A stretch of 64,000 bases of DNA from Takakia lepidozioides. Its lineage: Eukaryota > Plantae > Bryophyta. A program made the translations under genes and the position numbers. Positions 36,501-48,129 of this stretch are shown piece after piece (positions within the stretch are counted from its first letter, which is position 1; each line of letters starts with the position of its first letter). The DNA lies in NCBI GenBank assembly GCA_030704615.1, contig CM060733.1, positions 52,204,001-52,268,000 of the forward strand. The letters are read 5' to 3'. Below the pieces are notes generated by a model. The model did not search any database. It was given only the letters and a program-made list of their open reading frames with translations, and was not told where the DNA came from.

Positions 36501-39374
36501 AGATACCTTTTAAACAACTTAGGCCTTCCAGCTGCATCTCTGCAACCTGCTCCCACTCTGGGTGTGCAGCGAACAGGGTAGCTTCCTGCTCCTCATCCAG
36601 TCCTCCCCTCCAGTCATACTCCCTGACCCCTCGAGGTCTTCTCGTAGCAGGTAATCTACTAGATTTCTTAGTGGTAATTTGTATCTTGTGCATCCCATTA
36701 TGCACAGTTAGTAACTGGGAATTCCAGTCATGGAATACCCTGGCCTGTTTCAGCCACGGACGTCCCAATAATAAGGAGTAAGCTTCCATGACTTCATCCA
36801 TTTTCAACACAGTTACTGTGATCATAAAGATCATCTTTTGAATCTGTATCTTAACTCCTCTTATCAATCCCAATGGCTGTACACTTCTTTGATCTGCCAT
36901 TGTTACTGTAAATGGGGCTGGTTTCATGTTACTTAGACCAAGCTTCTGCCTTAATTGGTCTGTCATGATATTCACTCCAGAGCCTCCATCTATCAGTACA
37001 TCAGTTAGTTCTGTGCTTCCAATTCTCAATTGGATTACTGGCATAGAATCATCAAAGTCCATGACTGTTTCTCGCCCTTCCGGCTTCACATTATAACTGG
37101 TCACCTTGCTGTTCAGGTCTGTGTTCCCTGTCACATGGGCAATTCGATTGATTGCTTGATACAGCCTGTGTCTACAATAAGGTGCCACAGCCAATAGCTG
37201 TCCAATGGTAATCTCCGCTTTGGACTGGCATATTACTTCAGCCAAAGTCCCTTCATTACTCTGCATGTCTGCAGCTTCTTTCTTCCCTTCATCCTCACTC
37301 ACTTCCTCTTCTCTTTCAGAATCAGAGGAATCTGCCATAGGAATATCAGTACTCTTCTGCATTTCCCTTATGGTATCTGCCACTTCTTTGTGCAGTTCTT
37401 TCTCATCTCTCCAAGCCTCATCATCTTCAGGCACATCACTGCCATCTTCATTATCATCATCTTCCTCATCTACTGGAGGTATTAGTTTGGCTTTGCTTCT
37501 CGTTACTATCATTGTACTTACTTCTGGTACAACACATGGCCTAACCATGTGAGCTGCCACCACTGGCCCCTCATTCACAGGAGCTCTCATCTCATTCTGG
37601 TGTCTGATCCAGAATGGACAGGCTGCCTTGCGATGGCCTGCCTGATTACAATAGTAACACAGTTCTTCCCCATTAGGTCCTCGCCCTTGGTCTGTTCTGG
37701 AATTGTTTCTGTAATCCTGATTCCCTGGCTGGTAATTCCCCCTTGGATTACCCTGATAGTTGCCTCTGGAATTTCCTTGGTAATTCCCTCTTGGATTACC
37801 ATGCCATTGTTATAACCACCAGGCCTACCATAGTGGTCCTGATCACTGTTTCTTCTTGGCTGGGGCTGCACTTGATGCACCCTTACTTGCCTAGGTTCTC
37901 TAGCTGCTGTCCTTCTGTTGTAGTAACAATTCTCAGTAGAATGGTTATCCATTTTACAGATAGTACAATGTTTCTCCTTCATGTGGCATTCAGTGGTGGT
38001 ATGGCCTTCATTCTGGCACTTTGCACACCAAACACCCTTCCTCCAATGTGTTGCAGCCTCTGTGGCATACTTCTTCAAGATTTCTTCTAATCTTTTCTCA
38101 TAGTTATCCCTCTTCAACTTCTCCTTCCTCTTACTCTTCTTTTTCAGCTCTTGTTCTTCTTCCTCATCTGACTCATCCTCAGAGTCCTCATCATCTTTTT
38201 TTTTCTCTCCTGAGCATTCCCAATTGCTCAATTTTGTTCGCTGTTTCAAATGCCTCCTCCACTGTATTATGGGGTAACATATCCACTTTCTTTTGCAACT
38301 CTGGTCTTAGTCCACTCACAAACCAAGTCTTCTGTAAACTTGGTGCTGGTACAGCAGCCAGCTTTTTCATCATCAATTCCATTTTTTCCATATACTCCTC
38401 AACAGTTTCATGCTTCTTTTGCTTTAACTGTTGTAAACTTCCATACACTTCATCCTCAGTTTTACTTGTCCTGAACCTATTTCGGAATGTTGTATTCAAG
38501 CCATTCCAGGTTAGGAAATGATTATCAGGGAATCTTGCATACCATTCACTTGCTTTCTTGATAAGTGAACAAGGAAACAATCTCATCTTGGCATCCTCGC
38601 CATTCTCATTGTTCACAATACACATGTGCTCAAATTGGCTAATGTGTACATCGGGATCCCCTTTTCCTGAATATATTGGAAAAGTGGTTTTGCCCGTGTT
38701 GGTTGTAACGCCATCTGTGGCCCTACCCTCTGCCCACTGACAGATGCTGGCCCCCTTGCTGGTGCTGGTCCTTGAGGACCTGTTGTAGTTGTGGTGGATC
38801 TTCCACCAAGTGGTGGCCCCTGAGCACTCCCTGCTACTGGCCCCACGATATTCACAGTATTCCCAGCTCCAGTTGCACTACTTCCCACACTCCCTGTCCC
38901 CCCAGAGCCAGATCCAGGCTGCCCGCCTGATCCCCCTGAGCCGACACCTTCGTTGGCCTGTGATCCAAGTGCTCCACTTGATCCAGGTCCAACGGGTTGG
39001 GATGTCCTGGTTGTAGTCTCAACCTCAGCTGTTGGGTCTACTTCTTCATACTCTTCCTCTTCCAATTTCTTCTCTCTGTTTTCATCCTCCAAGTTCTGCC
39101 CTTGGGTTTCTTCTTCACTCATGTAACTCAACTGCAATGGTGTTGGAGAGTCTGAACTCTCCGTTGGCTCTGCCACATCCTCTCCTCCTTCTTCATCTTC
39201 CGTTTCAGAAACTGGAGTTCCTGCTTTTGGTGTTCCATGCCAACTCTTATCAAAGATTTCTGTCAAATCTTTTATCCAGGGATGTACCTCAGATCTTTCA
39301 CCTCGTGGTTGATCTTCTTCCTGTACCAATTCCCTTAATCTTTCTTGCAAAGAAAAAGAAGGAGTGGCATCCAA
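33567..39374 (-). pseudogene. gag-pol of the LTR element (Gag with CCHC knuckles, aspartic protease, RT, RNase H, integrase), several frameshifts
   Basis: CAKCQNEGHTTTEC; LIDGGSGVNIM; MYSFMDGFSGYNQ; MPFGLCNAPATFQR, FLDD; HCDAS, NYSTTERE; WGLDFVGP, SDQGSHF, PQGNGQAE. Confidence 0.93.
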
Positions 39375-40133
39375 CTCTAGTTCTTCCGATATGGGTGATG
39401 TCTTCTGATCTTAATGTGGTGTGAGAGGTCCAGATGATTCCCCTATATCTATTCCTCTCTCCCAAAGATATGGATAATTAGCTTTCAGATAACTTTCTCT
39501 TTTTGCTGAATATCTCTGGAGTCTAGCTTCTCTTTCATCACTCATGTCCCATGTCTTTCATTTCTTTAATGTGGCAATAACCAAAACTCTCTTCTGTAGT
39601 ATCTCTCGTATATGCCTGGGTTTCTTTCAAGCTTCAATGCACCCTTGGCTATACTAGAAGTCTCCGTTACCATATAACCATATGGCAAACAAGTCTGGAA
39701 AGCTGTTCTTGGTGTGAGTTTGATCCACAGAATATCCTTTGGAATCCAATTCTTTACCAGTACAAGCTCTTCATGCATATGAGTATAAACATTCACCTTC
39801 CTTTCTCCCAGCCTTCAAACTCTACTCGCTTAATGGATAGCAATGCTATCACATAAACCAGTGTTGGTAACCAACGTGCTCTTCCCTACAGGCCACCTGA
39901 TAAATCTTTATCACCCCTTTCTCCAGACCCCACTCAGGGTCAGCATCATGCACTCTCTTAAGAATGTTTTCTTTTTACAACCGTCTGGCAATTCCAAGAA
40001 CCTCTGAAAGAATTGTTTGGACAATCTTTCCTTCTCAGTTTCACAGGGAATTTGATTCACATCAAATTCTTTAATTCTCCAACCACCATGATCCCACCAG
40101 ATGCCTGTCACATCTGGTTGTTCATGACCCAGT

Positions 40134-40153
40134 TCCCCAGTATGGTCGCCAAA
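40134..40153 (-). other. Primer-binding site, tRNA-Arg-like
   Basis: TTTGGCGACCATACTGGGGA directly after the 5' LTR end ...CTCGACA; resembles the TGGCGACTCCACTGGGGA Arg PBS. Confidence 0.7.
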
Positions 40154-41139
40154 TGTCGAGCGGCTTTTACTCACCCATCCCTTCGCTATCCGAGGTGGAA
40201 ACTCCAAGATAGAAGAGTTGGATATCTCTAAGCACTCAGCCCGCTCAGTACAATCAGTCATGACCTGCAGCTAGTGAATCATGGTTGTGCTTCCCATTTG
40301 TATTCCTTCTTGCCTTCATGTTATCAATTTACCTTATCTGATACTGAAGCATCAGATTGCTTCAGTATCTTCTTAGTTCCAGTTAATCATGCATTCATTT
40401 CACAGCTTCACTCATGTCTCTCTACACAGTGTTGCTTGTATCGAATAAGTATCAGATTACGATTTATCAGGTACTAGGCCAATGTCAAGGTGACTCTAAT
40501 CCGCCCTACAGTATCACTACAGCTCTGCATGAAATAGCATCTACTGTTCATCTTTTCTCCTTCTTTCTGCTCTCGTTCTTGCTCTCCGCCTGATCCCCTC
40601 TTCCCCTCACCAAGAACGCTCTTCGTGAACCCCCCTCTTTCCGTTGCCGCCCTCTTTATCTGCCCCCAAGCTGTTCTAACCACCTAACTAATTAACCGTC
40701 ATCCCTGAAGTATACGCTCCTTCTACAGATGTCGTTCCCTCACAGTCATTCCTGTCAATGATAACTGTTCCCAGTACTGTGACAGGCTGTGTCAAGCTGT
40801 GACTGGCTGGTAGGCTGTGAGGGCTGTGACTGGCTGTGTAGGCTTTACGGGCTGTGCGAAAGCTGTGGCGGCTGTGATGGATGTGTCGATGTGTTGGGCT
40901 GTTGGATGTGTGACTGGAGGGTGGAGGGAGTGGTTGTGTGAAGGGCTGTGACGGCTGGTTGTAGGGCTGTGACTGACGGACTGGATGTAAAACGGGCTAT
41001 GTCGGGCTGTGTAAACCCCCCCCCCCCCCCCCAAAGCCGCTGCTGTCACCTAAGGCTCATGTTGGTCTCAGTATGGGTAAAAATTAAGGTACCCCAAGAA
41101 ACCCGTAAAAGCGTTAAAAGTCCAAGCAACCCTCTAACA
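40154..41139 (-). repeat. 5' LTR
   Basis: TGTCGAGCGG...CCTCTAACA on the + strand, matching the split 3' LTR. Confidence 0.93.
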
Positions 41140-41184
41140 GATGGCTAGGGCCTTAGCTATAATCTTATATGCCACGTTAAGAAG
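41140..41184 (-). mobile_element. Continuation of the L1/Tx1 LINE RT
   Basis: Translates LLNVAYKIIAKALA and joins in frame to RIQPLLPSMIRSGQAG at 25650 once the LTR element and one TSD copy are removed. Confidence 0.85.
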
Positions 41185-43819
41185 CACTACAAGAGATGAG
41201 CGTTTTAGGACTACGGTTTGGCGGAGTCATAAAAACTGCACTAGGTACATGACTACAGAGCGCTGAAATGCATTACAGTTTTAGTTTTATGACTTTGTAG
41301 TAATGGATATCACTACATGACTCCGGAAAGTTAGGGAGCATTGGTCAAACATTGTTGACCATGATGACAGGGATGGTTTATATGACTAGTGTGATATGTT
41401 TGACTACACGTGGACGACGTTTCATGGAATCTTATGACTCCATGACTGAAGATGGTTTCAGAGCTCTATTTATACGACTACATCACTACACGTGTCATTT
41501 TGAAGGCACATATAATGCAAATAAGGTTGCCCATTAGGTTTAAAAAAGTTAAAAAAATTGCTAATAAGGTTGCCCATTAGTGTAATCGTGAACAGAAAGG
41601 AGGGCTGGGACTTGGCGTCTTTTTGTCTCCTGCGCCACACCACATAGCTGAGGGATGGAACGCGATGATAGCAGGATATGCAGGGGCGTGGGATGGAGGC
41701 GTTGAGCAAATGATGCACGAAGGAGAAGAGGAGGAAGAGACGACGAGGAGAAAGCGAGCTCGCCGTTCTTGGGAGAGTCAGCTTGGTCTTAGCAAGCGTG
41801 TTTCAATCTCTGACTACTCATCTACGCCGTAGTGGTTCGATCTGACAGACCAATCCGACATTACCTGACTACAGACACAAGCAGCACACACAAGAGGTCA
41901 TCGGTCAAATCCTCCATGGGTCAGGACAGGTCAAGGACAATGTGGTAGGGCACCTTCTTCTTCAACCTATTTCAGCCTGTGTTGCCCTCTCATCAGACTC
42001 GGCCGCAAGATGCATATTGAATTCTGTAAGTTAGGTCGTTGGGTAGATCTGTGGTGGTTTGGAGTGACTTTGGCAAGTTACTGCCAGTGTGGCAGCAGGG
42101 AAGTATCAAAAAACATATAATAGAGGTGAGGAGAAGCTTTGGGGTGAACACTTTCCGACCCCAATGGTGGGACAATGGAGACAAAAAGGCGAATGCCTGT
42201 TGGACTACAGAGAGAAGCAGATGCATTTCAGATTGTGATAAGTAGGGTTGGGGTGTTTTGGGGAAGAACTCCACACCAGTATGGTTGGGGTGTTTGCTGG
42301 TAGAATTGTAGGCTGTCAGAGGCATGGATAGCTGAAGGAGCAGGGATAGAGTGTGGGTCCAGATTCATCCAAGAGGGCTGGATTTCAAGCTCCACATTAC
42401 CTATGATTCCCTGTGGAAGGATAGGTACAAGAAACCTACATGGGTAGATGGTCAACTGGAAGCGGCATGCTGTACTATATGTCATTACTGTACTATATGT
42501 CATTCCAGAGACTGTCATTGTTGGTCCATGTGTTTTACAACAATGCTATCAATATAAGACTCCTGGTTCGCATTGGAAGCTCAATCCCTGCAAGTTCATT
42601 GTGTGTGAAGCTCAAACTTGCGATTTGAAGGATCTTGTAGCCAAGTTCATTCAACCGGAAAGGAAAAATTCTGAAAGCTCCCAAATTTGATGTGGGCAAG
42701 CTTATGGAGGTAAGACTTAGCTTCCCTCCTCTAATGTAAGTGTTGGATAAGTTTCATTTAGTGTCGACCTTCACTGCATATATTGGCTCTTTTCTTGGCT
42801 GGTTTCATATTTTCTTGGCTGGTATGCTGTTGGTTGGCTTCTTTCATTTCACGTGTGTAGTGGAAGGGGAGAAGTACTTTCCTAAGTTCTGCTGCAACAA
42901 TGTCTTTTTCCAGCCTAGATGTTTTCGATGGATACAAATTGAAGTGCTTTGAATGTTGCTGCAATACTATAATAAAGTGGAGGGTGCTGAATGCAGTTGG
43001 CCTTGCTTCGTGCAGGCATAATCCAGGGAAATGTGGACATAGCTGAAACCCCATGATAGCATTTCCAGAGGACGGTGTGGATGGCCTCACAATCCAGCAT
43101 GCAAAATCCATGACAATGTGGAGCTGGCTGAATGGGCAAACAGGTTAAGTGGCGAACAAGCCACGTCACTGGTACATAGTTGCATGCTTACATAGTACAT
43201 GAAAGCGTACTATATGTCATTCCCGAAATTGACCATGTTGGTCCATGTATTTTACAACAATGCTATCAATAAAAGACCAATGGTTCGCATTGGAAACTCT
43301 ATCCCCGTAAGTGGCTTGTGCGTGATGCTCAAACTTGTGATTTGAAGGATCTTATACCCCAGTTCATTGCAGAGGTGATTGGAAAAGACATTGAGAAGGC
43401 AACAGCCGTTATCTATAATCTACAGATCCCCTTCAATTTGATGTGGGAAAGCCGGCTGGCTGGAGGTCTAGTCTCACTTTCACTCATCTAATGTCAGTGT
43501 TGTATCCATTGCAATGTGGAGATGTTTGAAACAACATTGGAGCATTTCCAGAGGATGGTCTGGATGGCCTTTCGTGGCGTGTGCCGAATCCATGGCAAGA
43601 AAACATTGCAGGCAGAACCCATGGCAATGGTACCAGCACGGGTTGGTCCAAAGCCAATTGCAACAACAAATGAATAAAGGGTGCTGAAAGGAAAGCACTC
43701 CATAATTGATCATAAAATCCAGTGTCCAAGCATGATATCTTAATGGGAATGCGAAGGGAGTGTTACCACCTTAAACTATCATGCATGGTCTATAACTGGA
43801 GTGCACAAATCGCGCATAT

Positions 43820-46800
43820 CTAATCTTCATCATCCTCATCTATGTCTGGGTCACTACATGTATCACTGTCTTCATCACAGACTTGATCTTGTCCAAGGGT
43901 TGGCTGAACATCATCACCACGTATACGGGGTGCTCGGAGGTACAAGGAGGCCACCTGCTCTGGAGTAACCGGTACCGCTCGGCTGCATGTTGGGCCATCA
44001 GTAACCACAGTCTCCTCTAGTCTTTGTGGGGCTAACAATCCTTCCACTTCCGCCACATCATCATTATCAATTGATATGTCGCAGACCACTCTACGTGCTC
44101 GGGGGCTCTTCTCCAGGACGACTTTCCACCCCGGCTCCTTCACACAATCAGAAAAAAACACTTGATCAACCTGGCCAGGAAACACAAAAGGTTGCTCAGA
44201 AGGTGGAAGCATACGGTTAAAATTGACAAGTGTGAAGCCAGCATCATCCTGCTTCATTGACATAGGTTGACGACCCACGCGACTCGCCCGTACCCACGAA
44301 CACAAAAACACTATAGGCTGTGTTTGGCCATAGTCAATTTGCAAAATCTCCCTTATAAGACCCACATATCTTGTAGGTTCCTCCATGTCATTGCCTGAAT
44401 TGTTGGTAATGGGCTGGTGCTGGAAAACAGATGAGACTCCACAATCAAAAGACACCATACTTGTTGTGTTCATGCCGGGGGATGTAACCCTGTAATGGTT
44501 ACCATACGCTGTCATACTCTTGAATGACAGGGCAGTAAATGATGGAGGCCTTGAAAGATCCAGTAATTCCTCACGTGTTGTAGGATCAAGCCCATCTGAT
44601 TGAATTGAGAGATGATCCCGTACACCTTGAGGGAGCCACAACAGCAAATGGAGGACAAGGATGCAAATCAGGAGGGTACTGAATTGCCGTGGGATTGCTC
44701 ATGCCTTCCAGCCCTTGCTCCTCACGAAACAAGCGTCGTCTGGCTTCTATCCGTGTGGACTCTGCTTCATATATCCTGTCACAATCCGAGGGTCAGCCAG
44801 GAGATTGACAGAGGTGGCGTGGGAGATTTGAAAAGACGCCATATGCCAACTAATGATAAATGACTAAAACTTGGAAATCTGAATGTCAATGAAGTAGATT
44901 TCTTACCCCAACATGACTGATAGACGAGGATGGTTCTGAATGATGTACTCATGTACAATATCACACAGGTCATTCAATTTTCGGGCTTTAGAACTTCCTT
45001 CCACAACTTCACGTTCCACAGATTCTGCCTCATCTGCATCCCACACCCTTCGTACACTTCCATCAAATCCTGCCATATACTCTGTGCAAAAACCCAATGC
45101 TTCTTCAAATTGGTATCCTTCTGCCATGCTCCCCTCGGGCCTTGCCATGTTTCTTACGTAGCCCTTCATATCTTTCATTGCCCGCTCCATGGGGTACATC
45201 CAACGAGATGCTACGGGCCCGCATAAGTACAACTCATCCACTAGGTGAACAACCAGATGTGTCATCACATCAAAAAATGATGGTGGGAACTCCTTCTCTA
45301 TAAGACACAGAGTGAGAACTGCTTCAGTTCTCAATTCCTCATACTCTACAGGATTCACCACTTTTGCACACAAAATACACGACATACTCGCAAAATGGCC
45401 CTTCGAGGACCACTTGGCATGAGCCCACGGATAGCAAGCGGTATAATTTGCTGCATGAGCACATGATAGTCATGTGATTTCATGCCTGACAACTTCTTCT
45501 TCACCACATGCTTTTTGAAAGCTGATGCGTAGCCTGTTGGCACTTTCAAGTTCTGCACAATCTCCAGAAAGACTTGTAACTCAGCCTCAGTGAGGACATA
45601 AGGGGCAGGAGGCATAATTAACGTATCTGCTCTGTCAGGATCACGTTGTAGCCACAATTCCGGGCGCATCCCAAGTAGCTCCAAATCACGGCGAACTTTC
45701 AATGTGTCTTTCTCACCAAAGATAGTTTTAATAATATTTTCAGCCAAGTTCTTCTCGCAATGCATTGCGTCAAACGTGTGGCGGATGAGGAGACCCTACA
45801 AAATGAACACATAAGCAATTGAGCATTTACTCATCACAATTTAAACAGAAAACGCAAAAATGTACACAGCCAATTTAAAGGCCATGAAGGAATTACCTCC
45901 CAATAAGGTAAGACATATAAAATTGACAATCGCTTAACTCCATGAGTTTTTGCTGGGTCTGTCCTGCTATCTGGCGTCCCTCCGTTTTCCACCCATGCAG
46001 TGCGAGCTGTTGCAAGGTCCTTGATTTGTGTTCCAGTCTGCGTTTTTGGAGGAGTTCCATGCTCAGTAGCGCCATTGAACATTCTTGACCTTCTATATGG
46101 ATGATTGCGGGCCAAAAATCTTCGGTGGCCTAGGAAAACAATTTTTCCACATGTGTGTAACTGCTGTGAAGTCACCCCGGGTCCACAAGCTGGACAACCA
46201 GCATAACCTTTCGTCACTTGACCTGAGAGCAAGCCATATGCAGGGTAGTCATGGATTGACCACATCAACACTGCCCTCAGTGTGAATTCGCGTTGACCAC
46301 GAGGACGGGAAACATCATGAGCTGCAATCCCTCTCCATAGTTCCAATAGCTCTTCCACTAGGGGCATCAGGTAAACATCTACGTTGTCCGAGGTAACAGA
46401 CTCCTTACCAGGAATCAGTAGCGCTAACATGACAAAGAACTTTTTGGTCATTAACCACGGAGGCAGATTGTAATTGACCAAGAGAACGGGCCATGTGCTC
46501 CAACTTGTGGATTGAGCTCCGTAGGGATTTACACCGTCTAAGGCCAATCCAAATCGCAGAGATCGTGGCTCTTCTGCAGCAAAATCCGCAAATGTGGTGT
46601 CAATGTGTCTCCATGCTTTGCTATCAGCTGGATGTCGAACCAACCCATCCTGGCTCTTATGTCTGTCGTGCCATGTCATGAGGTTAGCGATCGATTTACA
46701 TCGGTACATACGTTTCAACCTTGGAATGACAGGGAAGTGTCGCAATACTTTCTTGGGCACACTTCCACGACCTGGAATGTAACGGGAACTGCGGCACACT

Positions 46801-48001
46801 GGGCAAATGTCTACATTCTCATACTCCCCACGGAAGAGTACACAACCACGCTCACAGGCATGAATCATCGTGTACTGCAATCCCATCTTGGCAATCATGG
46901 TTTTTGCTTCATAGTGAGTTTTCGGCAATGAATTCTCTTTAGGCAAAAAACTCTTACGCAACAATCCCAGAAGCTCATCCACAAATGCATTGGTGCACTT
47001 GTGGGTAGTGCATGCGTTCAGCAACGTCAAAGTTGCTTGCAGCCGGCTGATGGAGCACCCTTCAAAAAGTGGACATTGCGACTGTCGGAAGAGTTTATCA
47101 TACTCGGGATCAACGTGCAGGTGAGCATTCTCATCAAATTCATTGTCTCCGGAATCGTCGAGATCATCGTCATGATCGGCAAATGTGTGATCGGTTCCAC
47201 CATGAATGGGGTCCTCTCTGTTTGCATCTGCAAAGAGAAACGCTTCCTGCAATGCACGCTGCATTTCTACCTCCAATCCACCACTCTCATCTGCGTTCTC
47301 TGTGACATTGGGCTCCCGCTGTGCCGCAGGGCCTTCGTCTTCATCATCTGAATATTCACATCCCTGCATCCCAATAGTCATCTTGTGAGTGGACCAACAA
47401 CGATGTGACACTTGTTCATATTATGACATAGGAGGCACGGTGACGTTGCAGTGATGCAGTCATATTTACGTATGTATCTTATGAATATACACCCAATCAA
47501 AACACGACATTTGTAACCATTGAAGTCATAGTTGCAGTCACTTACTTAGTCATATATGACTACATGACTACACATGACCAATGAAAACACGACATGTGCA
47601 TTAATTAAAGTGATAACGGAAGTGGCGTAGTCATAGTCACGTCTGTATCTTATGACTTCTTGACTACAATCACCCAACGAAATGTCGACATGTGGAGAAG
47701 AGGATCGTTGCATTCAAAATTCAAACTAAAGTGCTGAAGGGAAAGTGACGATCTTACCGGAAGAGAACAGCGTTGGAGAAGAGGATCCCTCCCGTGTATC
47801 ATGTAATGATTCCTCACTGTTTCCAACAACAGTACTTTTCCTCCATGACACTCATCGCAGTTGCATAGCATTTTTGTATGCCCATTCCTTGTGGCATAAG
47901 CTTCTTCCATTCGCCATAGACGGTCATCTATTCTACGCCTACGCATCCGTTCGCCACCTGCACTGTACATGCTTTGAACGTCACCCCTTCCCTCTTTGCA
48001 T
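43820..48001 (-). pseudogene. CACTA TnpD/Tnp2 transposase (transposase-associated N-terminus, Transposase_21, DUF4218, DUF4216), multi-exon, at least one frameshift
   Basis: IHACERGCVLF, HPADSKAWRHID, GLALDGVNPY, WPVLLVNYNLPPW, DYPAYG, MHCEKN, MKSHDYH, FFDVMTHLVVHL, RWMYPMER, PFVFPGQVDQVF. Confidence 0.92.
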
Positions 48002-48129
48002 GCTACGCACAGTGCATTGTCTCTAGTTTTGCACCAGCTGCCAATGTGCTATTTCTATATCTATAGTATACTATAAGTATCGTTTCTGAGTGTCCATGGT
48101 GAAGCGGAAGGTCTTCGAAGTGACAGTCC

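Larger units (their letters stand above)
25651..41139 (-). mobile_element. Full-length non-chromovirus Ty3/Gypsy LTR retrotransposon (Athila/Phygy/Selgy-like; no extra archaeal RNase H seen), frameshifted
   Basis: TG..CA LTRs at 25651-29073 and ~40154-41139; TSD GACGG/GATGG; PBS and PPT; gag-PR-RT-RH-INT order. Confidence 0.95.

Noticed and set aside
42039-42245. PIF1/Helitron helicase motif (GRSVVVWSDFGKLLPV resembling GGK.VV..GDFRQ.LPV)
   Set aside because: A single weak motif; no other helicase motifs nearby
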